DNA of 64,000 bases from assembly GCA_903831305.1 (NCBI GenBank), contig CAIKXE010000004.1, forward strand, positions 83,524 to 147,523, read 5' to 3'. Below, piece by piece: positions 9,871 through 19,997 of this stretch. The notes under the pieces were generated by a model. It was not told where the DNA came from and ran no database searches. It was given only the letters and a program-made list of their open reading frames with translations. Every line of letters begins with the position of its first letter. Within the stretch, counting starts at the first letter, position 1. The translations under genes and the position numbers were made by a program. Source of the stretch: an uncultured bacterium. GTDB lineage: Bacteria; Patescibacteriota; Minisyncoccia; Phycocordibacterales; GWA1-40-21.

Positions 9871-9954
9871 CTTAGTTAGATATCTTGATAATCTTTCCCT
9901 GGTGTTACCTGTGTGGGTGCTCAGTGGAAGGAACAAAGAAGTTAGGAGGTTGAG

Positions 9955-10158
9955 ATGAAGAAGGTCTTTGTTTGTCTGGTGATGGTCGGGGTTTGTTTGG
10001 CGGCTGGAGGGTGCTTGATGCCGTATGACCCTTATGCCGGAGGGGTCTATGTGGAACCCGTCCCTCGGCCTTACTACGGTCCGGTGGTCGTCGTTCCGCC
10101 ACCTCCCGTCTACTACCATCACCGGCCACCACCTCCGCGTTACTACCGCCATCGGTAG
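9955..10158 (+). CDS. Small Pro/Tyr-rich lipoprotein (GC-rich)
   Basis: AGGAGG SD; signal peptide with lipobox-like AAGGC; PPPP/YYxHR repeats. Confidence 0.75.
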   Translation: MKKVFVCLVMVGVCLAAGGCLMPYDPYAGGVYVEPVPRPYYGPVVVVPPPPVYYHHRPPPPRYYRHR

Positions 10159-10250
10159 GAATGCGGTAGGGCCAGGGCGCGCTTTGTGGAAGCTGATACC
10201 TTCCCCGAGCGCGCTCTTTTTGTTTATAAAATTTATGCTAAAGTATAAAT

Positions 10251-10721
10251 ATGCTTTATTCAAGTAAAAGTGTGGCGGAAACAAACAAAATAGCAGCAGA
10301 TTTTCTACCAAAGATTATTGGCTCTCTCACAAATGATCAGAGTGGAGTGGCGGGAGCTACTGTCGTGGGGCTATTTGGCGACCTAGGTTCTGGTAAAACT
10401 ACTTTTACACAGTCTCTCGGTAAACATCTCGGGATAAAAGAAGTGATGACGAGTCCGACTTTTGTGATTGAAAAGATTTATTTATTAAAAAATCACTCCG
10501 AGGAATTTCCGGTGGCCTTTACTAGGTTGATCCATATTGATGCTTACCGCTTAGAAAAAGGGGAGGAATTACAAAGTCTCGGTTTTGCCGAATTATTAAA
10601 GGATCCTAAAAATTTGATTTTGATTGAATGGCCAGAGAGGGTAGTGGATATTTTGCCACCAAAGATGGTTAAAATTAATTTTAAGTTTGTTAGTGAGTTT
10701 GAGCGAGAGATTGAGTTTTAA
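10251..10721 (+). CDS. tsaE: tRNA threonylcarbamoyladenosine biosynthesis ATPase TsaE
   Basis: GDLGSGKTTF, SPTF, HIDAYRL and IEWPE motifs. Confidence 0.95.
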   Translation: MLYSSKSVAETNKIAADFLPKIIGSLTNDQSGVAGATVVGLFGDLGSGKTTFTQSLGKHLGIKEVMTSPTFVIEKIYLLKNHSEEFPVAFTRLIHIDAYRLEKGEELQSLGFAELLKDPKNLILIEWPERVVDILPPKMVKINFKFVSEFEREIEF

Positions 10722-10741
10722 ATATGCTATAATCTCCCTAA

Positions 10742-13210
10742 ATGGCCAAGATAAACCCTAAAGAAAAATCTCGGGCAGGTAAAAAACTAGTGTTGCTAGA
10801 TGTGCATGCTATCATCCACCGGGCGTATCACGCCTTGCCAGAATTTGTGTCTAGTAAAGGTGTGCCAACCGGCGCTTTATATGGCCTTTCTACCATGCTG
10901 CTAAAAATCATTGGGGATATCAAACCGGACTATATCATGGCTTGTTATGATTTGCCCAAGCCCACTTACCGTCATGAAGCTTACAAGGATTATAAAGCCG
11001 GCCGAGCCAAGACAGATGACGAACTAGTGGCCCAGCTGAAGAAGTCTCGGGAGATCTTTGAAGCTTTTGATATACCAATTTATGATAAAGAGGGTTTTGA
11101 GGCGGATGATATGATCGGCACCTTGGTGGAAAAAGTGTTGAAGTTGGACAAGGCCTCGCCTTGTCCGGAAATTGACGTGGTGATTGCTTCTGGCGATATG
11201 GATACTTTACAGCTAGTGGTGGATGACCGTGTGCGGGTCTATACTTTAAAAAAGGGGATTAAAGATACAATTATTTATAATGAAAAAGCGGTGGTGGAGC
11301 GTTTTGGTTTTTTGCCTAAACTTTTGCCAGATTATAAAGGCCTCCGGGGTGATCCGTCTGACAACATTATTGGTATTAAAGGAATCGGGGAGAAGACAGC
11401 CGGGATTTTAATTCAAAACTTTGGGGGTATAGAGGACATTTATAAAAAATTAAAAGCTAAAGGAGGAAAGGAAGAATTTAAAAAAGCGGGGATCACTGAC
11501 CGAATAGTAAAACTGCTAGAAGAGGGGGAAGAGGAAGCTGAGTTTTCTAAAATGCTTGGAACGATAAGGCGAGATGCGCCGATTGATTTTAAAATTCCGG
11601 AAAAGACTTGGTCGGAAAATCTGGCGGAAGAAAAGGTGCTTAAGTTGTGGAGTGAGTTGGAGTTTAGGACTTTGGGGACAAGATTAAAAGAATTGGTGGG
11701 TGGAAAGGCGGGGGAAAGTGTGGCCGAGAAAAAAGAAGCTATAGTAAAGCAGAATAATCAGTTATTCGCGGATAGTGACTTGTCTGAGACTGAGCTAAAA
11801 GAAGCTCAGATTGCCCTCTGGCTTGTCAATTCCAATATTACGGACCCGAAAATTGAAGATATTATTAACCTGTCTGGACAAAAGGATTTGAAGTCCGCCA
11901 AAGACTTTTTGTTGGCGGAAATTAAAAATAAAAAATTAGATTATGTTTTCACGGAGATTGAGAAACCCCTAATTCCGATTATTAAAGAGATGGAAGCTTG
12001 GGGAATTGTGGTAGATAAAGAGGCCCTTTTGAAATTGTCCGTGGAGAATCACAAGATTTTGGCTGATTTGGAAAAGAAAATTTGGGATTTGGCTGGTAGT
12101 GAATTTAATATAAATTCCCCTAAACAGATGGGAGAGATTTTATTTGATAAGATGGGTTTGCAAGTGAAGAATCAAAAGAAAACGGCTGGTGGTAAAGCTT
12201 CCACTAAGGAAAGCGAGCTGGAAAAAATGCGGGATTTAGACCCGATCATCCCTTTGATTCTAGAATATCGCGAATTGCAGAAAATGCTCTCCACTTATAT
12301 TGATAATATTCCAAACATGGTGGCGCCAGATGGACGCTTGCATGCTCGGTTTTTACAAACTGGAACCACCACTGGACGCATGTCATCGCAAGATCCAAAC
12401 CTACAAAACATTCCGAATAAAAGTGGCCTAGGAATGGAGGTGCGGAAGGCTTTTAAAGCGGGACCGGGCTGTAAGTTAGTAGCTTTTGATTATTCGCAGA
12501 TTGAAATCCGTATTGCTGCCTTTCTATCCGGCGATGAAAAACTTTTGGAGATTTTTAGAAAAGGGGAGGATGTTCACACCGCCGTGGCCTCGGAAGTATT
12601 TGGCGTACCACTCAACCAGGTGGACAAAGAAATGCGCCGAAAAGCTAAAGTAATTAACTTTGGTATTATGTATGGGATGGGTGTTTCCGCTCTTAAACAA
12701 AACCTGGGCACAGAACGAGCGGAAGCGCAAAAGTTTTATGATGATTATTTTGCTAAATTCAGTGGTCTGGCCAAATATTTGGATAAGGTAAAAGAGGAGA
12801 CTAAACAAACCGGGTTTACAGAAACACTGTTTGGTCGCCGTCGCTATTTTGAGGGTATCAAGTCTAAAATTCCTTTTATTAAGGCCATGGCCGAGCGTAT
12901 GGCTATAAATGCGCCAATTCAAGGGACAGAGGCGGATATTATAAAACTAGCGATGATTAAGGTGGGGGAATTTTTGAGCACAACCGCCCCTAACCCCTCC
13001 TTAACTAAGGAGGGGGAGGGAAAGAAAAATATCCACCTGTTGTTACAGGTTCATGATGAACTCGTTTATGAGATGCCGGTGGAAATGGTGGAAAAAATAG
13101 CCCCTAGAATAAAAGAAATCATGGAAAACGTGGTTAGTTTAGAAAAAACTAAAGGCGTGGTCTGCAAGGTGGATTATAAAGTGGGGGATAATTGGGGCGA
13201 GATGAAATAA
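10742..13210 (+). CDS. polA: DNA polymerase I (5'-3' exonuclease + polymerase; 3'-5' exonuclease domain apparently lost)
   Basis: EADD and GDPSDNIIGIKGIGEKTA motifs; TGRMSSQDPNLQNIP, DYSQIE, RRKAKVINFGIMYG and VHDEL motifs. Confidence 0.97.
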   Translation: MAKINPKEKSRAGKKLVLLDVHAIIHRAYHALPEFVSSKGVPTGALYGLSTMLLKIIGDIKPDYIMACYDLPKPTYRHEAYKDYKAGRAKTDDELVAQLKKSREIFEAFDIPIYDKEGFEADDMIGTLVEKVLKLDKASPCPEIDVVIASGDMDTLQLVVDDRVRVYTLKKGIKDTIIYNEKAVVERFGFLPKLLPDYKGLRGDPSDNIIGIKGIGEKTAGILIQNFGGIEDIYKKLKAKGGKEEFKKAGITDRIVKLLEEGEEEAEFSKMLGTIRRDAPIDFKIPEKTWSENLAEEKVLKLWSELEFRTLGTRLKELVGGKAGESVAEKKEAIVKQNNQLFADSDLSETELKEAQIALWLVNSNITDPKIEDIINLSGQKDLKSAKDFLLAEIKNKKLDYVFTEIEKPLIPIIKEMEAWGIVVDKEALLKLSVENHKILADLEKKIWDLAGSEFNINSPKQMGEILFDKMGLQVKNQKKTAGGKASTKESELEKMRDLDPIIPLILEYRELQKMLSTYIDNIPNMVAPDGRLHARFLQTGTTTGRMSSQDPNLQNIPNKSGLGMEVRKAFKAGPGCKLVAFDYSQIEIRIAAFLSGDEKLLEIFRKGEDVHTAVASEVFGVPLNQVDKEMRRKAKVINFGIMYGMGVSALKQNLGTERAEAQKFYDDYFAKFSGLAKYLDKVKEETKQTGFTETLFGRRRYFEGIKSKIPFIKAMAERMAINAPIQGTEADIIKLAMIKVGEFLSTTAPNPSLTKEGEGKKNIHLLLQVHDELVYEMPVEMVEKIAPRIKEIMENVVSLEKTKGVVCKVDYKVGDNWGEMK

Positions 13211-13211
13211 T

Positions 13212-13973
13212 ATGTTTTATTTATTTTACGGAGCGGATACAGCCAAAGCCAGAAGCCAAGCCTATAAGGTGGTGGAGGCGGCCAAGAAAAAGCATGAGAC
13301 GGCGGAATTTTTTAAATTAGACAGTGAAAACTTTTCCGCAAGTAAGCTGGATGAGCTTTCCGCTAGCCAAGGACTTTTCTATTCTGCCTTTATTATTTTG
13401 GCTGATAAGTTATGTGATGATGAGGATACTTCAGAGATCTTATTAAAAAAATTAAAGGAACTAAAAGAGTCACCAAACTTTTTTATCTTTTTAGAGGGAG
13501 CGCTGAATAAAAAAGAGCTAGAAAAATTTGGAAAATATGCGGAGAAAGTGGAGGAATTTAACAAACCAGGGCGGAAGCTAAATAAAAAAGAGGCTTTGGC
13601 CGCTAAAGGCGAGAAAATAGACTTCTTTGAATTTGCTAATACGCTGGGAGAGAGAAATAAAAAGCTACTTTGGACTCTGTATCAGGATGCTTTGGCGGAG
13701 GAGGTGGCTTCTGAGGAGGTGCATGCCATGTTTTTTTGGCAGGTAAAGTCCATGCTCGCAGCGGTAAAGTCTAAAGATGCCACCGAGGCCGGGCTAAATC
13801 CTTATGTTTTTACCAAGTCTAAGGGTTATGCGCAAAATTATGGAACCACAGCCCTCGAAAGTGAGAAAAAATTGAAGGAGATGTCTACCAGGCTCTTTGA
13901 AATGTATCATGAGGCCCATCGGGGGAAGGCGGATTTTGCGGTGGCGCTAGAGAGATTTATTTTGGAGTTGTAA
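13212..13973 (+). CDS. Divergent DNA polymerase III delta subunit-like protein
   Basis: N-terminal YLFYGAD, S-GLF motif and C-terminal LERFIL; follows polA. Confidence 0.65.
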   Translation: MFYLFYGADTAKARSQAYKVVEAAKKKHETAEFFKLDSENFSASKLDELSASQGLFYSAFIILADKLCDDEDTSEILLKKLKELKESPNFFIFLEGALNKKELEKFGKYAEKVEEFNKPGRKLNKKEALAAKGEKIDFFEFANTLGERNKKLLWTLYQDALAEEVASEEVHAMFFWQVKSMLAAVKSKDATEAGLNPYVFTKSKGYAQNYGTTALESEKKLKEMSTRLFEMYHEAHRGKADFAVALERFILEL

Positions 13974-14043
13974 ACCTATTTGATTTGAGCATATAAAGTT
14001 CTAGGGCCCCCGAGGTTGTCGGGGGCCCTTGCTCATCTCTCGG

Positions 14044-14214
14044 TCACTCACCAAGGGGCGGGCACTTGCTTCTGTCGCAGATGCTGAAGGCACAGAGTCC
14101 TTCAGCCAATCCGCACATGATGCAGTAGCGCTCCTCTTCCTTTTTCTCACCGTTCTTGTACACGGTGATGTGCCCGTTTGCCCTGGCTTTTTTTCGGCCT
14201 TCTGCTTCGTCCAT
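14044..14214 (-). CDS. Small Cys-rich protein (56 aa, GC-rich); not in ORF track
   Basis: MDEAEGRKKARANGHITVYKNGEKKEEERYCIMCGLAEGLCAFSICDRSKCPPLGE*, with AAGGGGG SD and a GC hairpin downstream (14004-14028). Confidence 0.6.
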   Translation of the reverse strand: MDEAEGRKKARANGHITVYKNGEKKEEERYCIMCGLAEGLCAFSICDRSKCPPLGE

Positions 14215-14331
14215 TGGAACCCCCTTGTCCTTCCGGCTCTATTAGTGGCCGGTCTTTTACTGTTCTTTCTATACCATACTGTATTTCTGTCACTTTTGCA
14301 AGGAGTGAGGCTGGACAAACACTTGGCTGTT

Positions 14332-15060
14332 TTATATTTTTTTATAAAAAGTCTTAAATATTTGTTTTTGGAATTCCGCAATCCTCTTACTCTCTATAGT
14401 CATACAAGTCTCAGAATTGTAATCAATGAAGGCTACTTTGTCCCCATAAATTATTTCTGTGACATTGTGCTCAAAAGGACCAAAATCCGGCGGTAATACT
14501 TTGGTAAAGCGGTCCAAACTCGGTCTCTTGTTCTTAGCTGTTTGAACATTGGTGATCACCTCGCGTTGTAGCCTTTTTTTATCACGCATTTTTTGATAAA
14601 TTCTCGGTACATATTTATCTTTTTTTTCCTGACCATTTTTGTTTGAACTGTAACGGTAAAAGGTGTCACCTTTTTTTAGACTCCTGACCACATCATCAAA
14701 TATTCTTTTAGTACCATCCTTACCCTCTAGGAATCTGATCTTGGGTCTCTTCTCACTGCTGGCATAGGCATCTTCCAAGTCTGGCAATATCTCAAAGAAA
14801 TCAATTTTTAAATCATCAAACAAGGTTTCCAGCCGGTTGGGTGGCTCAGCACCAAAGACCACGCTTTTCAGTTTTTGGGTTTTGGTCACCAGTTTTTTAT
14901 CCAGGAGGGCGGGGAGAGCTTTATAAATGAGGGGGCGGTGGATAGAAGTTTTCTCGGATATCTCGGAAATATTTGAAGTCCCCATCTCAAGTAGCGCCAA
15001 ATAGATAGCGCTTTCATTCTTGGTCAGCCCTATTTTCTCCAAAATTTTGTTTTTGTCCAT
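14332..15060 (-). CDS. TrmB-family HTH transcriptional regulator
   Basis: IGLTKNESAIYLALL wHTH; KIRFLEGKDG linker; C-terminal IYGDKVAFI...IES domain. Confidence 0.88.
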   Translation of the reverse strand: MDKNKILEKIGLTKNESAIYLALLEMGTSNISEISEKTSIHRPLIYKALPALLDKKLVTKTQKLKSVVFGAEPPNRLETLFDDLKIDFFEILPDLEDAYASSEKRPKIRFLEGKDGTKRIFDDVVRSLKKGDTFYRYSSNKNGQEKKDKYVPRIYQKMRDKKRLQREVITNVQTAKNKRPSLDRFTKVLPPDFGPFEHNVTEIIYGDKVAFIDYNSETCMTIESKRIAEFQKQIFKTFYKKI

Positions 15061-15086
15061 TTTTTATCTGTTTTAGTTATTAAAAT

Positions 15087-15197
15087 TGTAACTCAATTTT
15101 ACAAATATATTATCATAATCATTAAGAAAGTTTAAGTTTTTCAAGGATTTATCCATATTATTGTATTGATTTGACGTGTTTGTAATATATTGTTACA
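15087..15197. promoter_or_regulatory. Two TGTAA-N7-TTACA palindromes (probable TrmB operators)
   Basis: TGTAACTCAATTTTACA (15087-15103) and TGTAATATATTGTTACA (15181-15197). Confidence 0.6.
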
Positions 15198-15371
15198 TCT
15201 TTTATGAGTAGAATAGGCCAGAGATTAACGGTTTGCGGGTAACGCCCGTATTTACATTACAGTACCGCCTCCAAAATAGGTGATGGCGAAGTAATTTTAA
15301 TATTATATTGTTCAGATAAGAGCTCCTTGAGATTTGAATCTAGGTTTAGAAAGGAAAAAAGGAGAAGGGCC

Positions 15372-15599
15372 ATGCGTTACGAAGGTGGTTTGACCTTGGA
15401 ACAGGCCAGGCGGGTGGAGGTGGGGGATGTGATCGTCCTGCACGACTACGGACCACTCAAAGTGATTGATGGGCACAAACTGCCCCCCTCAACGGTAAAT
15501 GGTGGGGATACCCCGCGGTCCATGGTGGTCAGGACGCAGGGTGGCCTCAGACGCCTCCTCATCGTCACGGCTCAGTCTGAAACCTTGTCCGTCTTCTGA
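15372..15599 (+). CDS. Small hypothetical protein (GC-rich)
   Basis: AAGGAG SD before the ATG at 15372; GC-rich codon usage unlike the flanks. Confidence 0.55.
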   Translation: MRYEGGLTLEQARRVEVGDVIVLHDYGPLKVIDGHKLPPSTVNGGDTPRSMVVRTQGGLRRLLIVTAQSETLSVF

Positions 15600-15672
15600 C
15601 TACTGACCTAGCATGTCACAAAACTGCCAGCCCGAGTAATCTCGGGCTTTCTCAATAAGTTTAAATATTTTG

Positions 15673-15745
15673 TCCGCCCAGTTGGAGTCGAACCAACGAC
15701 CTTCTCCTTAAAAGGGAGCTGCTCTACCAGCTGAGCTATGGGCGG
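15673..15745 (-). tRNA. tRNA-Lys(TTT)
   Basis: Cloverleaf CCGCCCA...TGGGCGG-A; anticodon loop CTTTTAA; TTCGACT T-loop. Confidence 0.93.
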
Positions 15746-15803
15746 AATGCAAAAAATATAACAAAAAAAACAGCAAATGTCCAATTTAAAAGGTAAAAAG
15801 TAA

Positions 15804-16217
15804 TTACAGCATTGGAACATCTATGGCATAGAGCCCAGCACCGGAGAGGATGAGGGAAGCACAGATAGCGGTAAGGAGAAGATAAAAAACCATATCTCTT
15901 TTTAGAATTGATTCTTCCTCATATTCTATTAGTAGTTCACAAGTAGAAATAACCGCCAGGACTAGGGCTGCGACTTGGGTGTAAGCGCCACCGATGAGCA
16001 GGAACCCGCCGATAATCTCCACTAAGCCAAGAAGAGTAGTAAAAAAACCAGCTGGTTTGACACCTAAAATACTTAAGGAAGATATCCAACCCTTTTTTTC
16101 TTTACCTAGTTTTAAGAAACCAAGATTTAAGAAAACAAGACCAATAACAATCCTCAGAATCAGAGGGGCCAGTAATGAATAAGAAAATAGTTCGGGAAAA
16201 AGATTAAATGTTTGCAT
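15804..16217 (-). CDS. DoxX-family membrane protein
   Basis: LILRIVIGLVFL...G-K, EIIGG and terminal GAGLYAID motifs. Confidence 0.85.
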   Translation of the reverse strand: MQTFNLFPELFSYSLLAPLILRIVIGLVFLNLGFLKLGKEKKGWISSLSILGVKPAGFFTTLLGLVEIIGGFLLIGGAYTQVAALVLAVISTCELLIEYEEESILKRDMVFYLLLTAICASLILSGAGLYAIDVPML

Positions 16218-16246
16218 ACGGGTATTATACCATGTAATATAAATTT

Positions 16247-16723
16247 ATGAAGCAAAAGGAAGTAATTGTCATCTTGGATAATATCAGAAGCACATATAAT
16301 GTGGGATCTATTTTCCGCACAGCAGATGCCCTAGGGGTAAAACAGCTTATTTTGGGTGGCACCACGCCAACACCGATAGACCGGTTTGGGCGTGAGCGAG
16401 CAGATATTGCTAAGGTGTCCTTGGGGGCGGAGAAAAGTGTGCCCTGGAAGCAGGAGAAAGCTATTTTGCCGGTTATCAAGAAGCTAAAAAAAGAGGGTTA
16501 TCAGATAATTGCCGTTGAACAGTCAGAAAAATCGGTGGATTATAAAAGGGTAAAAACCGCTGGTCGAGTAGCTTTTATTATGGGGGCGGAGGTGGAGGGG
16601 GTAGCAAAGGATATTTTAAAAATTGCTGACGTGATTGCGGAGATACCTATGTTGGGTAAAAAAGAATCATTAAATGTATCTGTTTCCTTTGGTGTCGCTT
16701 TATTTCGGATTTTGAATGTTTAA
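16247..16723 (+). CDS. TrmH/SpoU-family RNA methyltransferase
   Basis: LDNIRSTYNVGSIFRTADA, GAEVEGV and IPMLGKKESLNVSV SPOUT motifs. Confidence 0.92.
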   Translation: MKQKEVIVILDNIRSTYNVGSIFRTADALGVKQLILGGTTPTPIDRFGRERADIAKVSLGAEKSVPWKQEKAILPVIKKLKKEGYQIIAVEQSEKSVDYKRVKTAGRVAFIMGAEVEGVAKDILKIADVIAEIPMLGKKESLNVSVSFGVALFRILNV

Positions 16724-16729
16724 AACAGC

Positions 16730-16835
16730 ACCTCCAGTTAATATGATTTTGGAGGCTTCACAGGCGGGTAGCCGAGAGAGAGCAAATTTTTGCAGAGAAT
16801 TTTATGCGCACTCCAAAATCATATTAACTGTAGGT
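16730..16835. repeat. Perfect 20-bp inverted repeat with a 56-nt interior, between convergent genes
   Basis: CAGTTAATATGATTTTGGAG (16735-16754) pairs with CTCCAAAATCATATTAACTG (16811-16830). Confidence 0.85.
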
Positions 16836-16852
16836 TCTTGCAAATGGCTGAC

Positions 16853-17713
16853 TTATTTCTGACACCCTGGGCAGTAATGCGTTCCTCGGCCCGCATGTTT
16901 GGTTTTTATTATTGACAGGCCACACCTTTTACAAGCCTCACCTTTTCGGCCATAGACCATGAGGTGGGGGACAAAGCCACCCTTCTCTCCGTTACTTCGC
17001 ACATAATTTTTGGCGGAGGTCCCTTTTTTCTTGATAGAAAACTTTAGCACATTAATAATATTCTGATGTAAATCCCTTATTTCCTTGTTTGTCAGTGTTT
17101 TTGTTTTGCGCATTGGTAAAACACTGCTTAAAAAAGCACTTTCGTCTGCATAGATATTGCCAATACCGGCAAGCAAATGCTGATCTAAAAGTATTTGTTT
17201 TATAGTTCGGTTTGGGTACTTAGTAAATATTTTTTTAAGATTCGCTATGGTGAAAGTTTTAGAAAGAGGTTCTAGACCAATTTCTGTATCAATATACTTT
17301 TTTAGTTTATCGTCCAATATTTTGAACCAACCAAATTTTCTTAAGTCATTGAAGTAGAGATGACTTCTGTCTTTGAAGGTAAAGAACAGGCGGGTGTGCC
17401 GACCAGGGGTTTGGATATCAGCCGTGGGGTGGCCACCGGTGATTATTTTACCAGTTTGAGGCATAAAGATTAGTTGCCCGGTCATTTTGAGGTGAATAAT
17501 CAGGCTTAACTCGCCACTCAAATGGACTAAAAGCATTTTAGCTCGGCGATCTAGGCTAAGTATCTTTTTCCCCGTTACCATTTTAGTGAAGTTTTGAACG
17601 GAAGTGGGAGAGACAGTTTTTGGCCACAAAATAGTCACTTGGGAAATCACTTTTCCCTTAAGTGTTTTAGCCAGCTCTCTTTTGATAGTTTCAACTTCTG
17701 GTAATTCGGGCAT
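16853..17713 (-). CDS. mutM: Formamidopyrimidine-DNA glycosylase
   Basis: MPELPEVE, HLKMTG, DLRKFG, GIGNIYADE and a C-terminal zinc finger. Confidence 0.97.
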   Translation of the reverse strand: MPELPEVETIKRELAKTLKGKVISQVTILWPKTVSPTSVQNFTKMVTGKKILSLDRRAKMLLVHLSGELSLIIHLKMTGQLIFMPQTGKIITGGHPTADIQTPGRHTRLFFTFKDRSHLYFNDLRKFGWFKILDDKLKKYIDTEIGLEPLSKTFTIANLKKIFTKYPNRTIKQILLDQHLLAGIGNIYADESAFLSSVLPMRKTKTLTNKEIRDLHQNIINVLKFSIKKKGTSAKNYVRSNGEKGGFVPHLMVYGRKGEACKRCGLSIIKTKHAGRGTHYCPGCQK

Positions 17714-17790
17714 AATCTAAGTGTATGTTTAAACGGTAAAAATGTAAAATATATACAGGACATAAAATTATTATCTGTTATAATAGGCCA

Positions 17791-18711
17791 GTGAAGAATA
17801 AGGAAAACATTGCCGGTATATTATGTTTGATAGCGATGTTTTTTGTTATAATCAATCTGTTTGCGGTGGCCTTTCCTCAATATGCAGCGATCTTTTTTGC
17901 TCAAGGTAAAACAGTGGAGGCTGTGGTGGCTAAATATGAGAAGGCCCCAAAGGAGGCCAAAGTAAAAATATTAATTGTGCCTGGACATGAAGCCGATTTT
18001 GGTGGGGCCTTGTATAATGGACTTATCGAGCGTGATATGAACGTGGCTTTAGCAGAAAAGATTTTAAGCGAGCTTAGCCTAAATGAAAAATTTCAGATTA
18101 TTTTAGCCCGTGACTATTATAAATGGAACCCGATTTTAGCTGATTATTTTACCAAGAATTTGGAGGCGATAAAAAAATGGAAGGATGATCAAAAAGGAGC
18201 AATGCTGTCTTTGGTTAAAAATGGCAAAATTCAATTGATTGATTCTGTTCCGCATAGTACTGCCCCAACTGCTCAAGCTTTACGCTTGTACGGTATAAAT
18301 AAGTGGGCCAATGAAAATAAAGTAGATATTGTTTTGCATGTGCACTTTAATGATAATTATCGGAAAAACGGGGTGCCTAAATATAGTGGTTTTTCCGTTT
18401 ATGTCCCCGAGGAACAGTATTCTAACGCGACCTCTAGTGTGGCTCTGGCGGGGGACCTCTTGGCTGAATTATTAAGGATTGGTCATGTGAGTACCTTAGA
18501 GCCGGAGTCGGCTGGGGTGGTGGAAGATCAGGACTTGATTGCTATCGGCAGTTATAATACCGCGGACGCTCTAAGCGTCCTGATTGAGTATGGCTATATT
18601 TATGAGAGCCAGTTTAAAACAAGGGATTTAAGAACTGTTTTTTATGATAAAGCCGCCAAGGCTACCACTCAAGGTGTTGTGAATTTCTTTGAAAGTCGCT
18701 CGTCTTTTTAG
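17791..18711 (+). CDS. N-acetylmuramoyl-L-alanine amidase (Amidase_3-like)
   Basis: N-terminal TM; ILIVPGH, E-R, HVHFN and VLIEYGYI zinc-binding motifs. Confidence 0.85.
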   Translation: MKNKENIAGILCLIAMFFVIINLFAVAFPQYAAIFFAQGKTVEAVVAKYEKAPKEAKVKILIVPGHEADFGGALYNGLIERDMNVALAEKILSELSLNEKFQIILARDYYKWNPILADYFTKNLEAIKKWKDDQKGAMLSLVKNGKIQLIDSVPHSTAPTAQALRLYGINKWANENKVDIVLHVHFNDNYRKNGVPKYSGFSVYVPEEQYSNATSSVALAGDLLAELLRIGHVSTLEPESAGVVEDQDLIAIGSYNTADALSVLIEYGYIYESQFKTRDLRTVFYDKAAKATTQGVVNFFESRSSF

Positions 18712-19986
18712 CTAATTTAGTTTGTCTAGCTCCTCTTTGGCTACCACGGCATCACTCCAGGGCTCTTTGGCTGCATTTTTACGCATGATATATGGGTCCG
18801 TGCCCTTACCAGTGATAAGGATGATTACTTTTTTATTATCCTGAGGGAGTTTAGCTAGACGAATGGATTCAGCAATCGCGGCTCGGCGGTCCATAATAAT
18901 TTTCGTTTTGTCTCGATTTGTAAACTTGGCCATATCTTCAACTATTTCTAGCGGGTCATCATCATAAGGATCTTCATCTGTGAGGATTATCTCATCACAA
19001 TATTTTTCCGCTATCAGGGCCATCTCTTTTCTCTTCCATTTGTCACGGCCACCGCCACAGCTACCCAGGACGCAGATTTTTCTTTTATTAGGAAATGAAG
19101 AATATAGCGCCTGCAGGGAATCAGCGGTGTGGGCATAATCCACCAATACATCAATTCCTAAGTCGTTTGGTATCTTTTCGGCTCGGCCCTTTATCTCAGT
19201 CACTTTTTCTAGGCCGGCTTTTATGGAGTCCATACTGATACCTAAGGCCCGGGCATAGGCGGTAGCGGCGAGCATATTATAAACATTGAACTTACCGGGT
19301 AGCTTGCTTTGGACTTTTACTGTTTCACAGACAAAATCCACTCCATTATCATGACAGACTAAAGGCTCACCATCTTTAAGAGAGTAGGGGGCTTTCTTCT
19401 CAACATTTATAGCGAGGAAAAACTTACTCTCTGGATCATCTGTGTTAGCGGCAATGATTTTATTCCTTTTGGGGGATTTTTCTAAGGCCTCGGCAATACT
19501 TAGCTTGGCCTTTAAATATTTTTCATAAGAGCCGTGAGACTCAATATGTTCAGGAGCTATATTGGTAAAAATCAAGGCATCCAAATCAATAAATTTGTGG
19601 CGGTATTGTTTGGCCGCTTCAGAAGATATTTCAATGATGGCATAGTCACAGTGGGCGTTTACGGCCTGGCGCAGGAAGTGTTGGATGAAAAACCGGCCGG
19701 GCATCGTCATTTTAAACATATTTGGTTTGGACTCATTACGTATTTTGAAACGCAAGGTACCAGCGAGGGCGGTGACAAAACCCGCTTCCTCTAATATGGC
19801 ATTTACAAATTCTACAGTGGAGGTTTTACCTTTTGTGCCAGTGACAGCCACCACTTTTATTTTACGGGAAGGGAAGCGGTAAATCAGAGCCCCTAAAAGA
19901 GCTAGAGTATAATGATAAACTGGTTGAGCCAGAGTAAACACTTTTGTGGGTATTAGTTTTTTAATTTTTCTTAGAATCTTTTCCAT
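18712..19986 (-). CDS. murE: Mur ligase, MurE-like
   Basis: VTGTKGKTST, DYAHT, GGGRDKWKR, TDEDPY and ITGKG motifs. Confidence 0.88.
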   Translation of the reverse strand: MEKILRKIKKLIPTKVFTLAQPVYHYTLALLGALIYRFPSRKIKVVAVTGTKGKTSTVEFVNAILEEAGFVTALAGTLRFKIRNESKPNMFKMTMPGRFFIQHFLRQAVNAHCDYAIIEISSEAAKQYRHKFIDLDALIFTNIAPEHIESHGSYEKYLKAKLSIAEALEKSPKRNKIIAANTDDPESKFFLAINVEKKAPYSLKDGEPLVCHDNGVDFVCETVKVQSKLPGKFNVYNMLAATAYARALGISMDSIKAGLEKVTEIKGRAEKIPNDLGIDVLVDYAHTADSLQALYSSFPNKRKICVLGSCGGGRDKWKRKEMALIAEKYCDEIILTDEDPYDDDPLEIVEDMAKFTNRDKTKIIMDRRAAIAESIRLAKLPQDNKKVIILITGKGTDPYIMRKNAAKEPWSDAVVAKEELDKLN

Positions 19987-19997
19987 TGGTTTTAATT

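Noticed and set aside
14001-14496. ORF-track entries 14001-14381 (-) and 14029-14496 (+)
   Set aside because: Both overlap the TrmB gene and lack start signals. The 56-aa SD-led ORF at 14044-14214 explains the GC-rich patch better.
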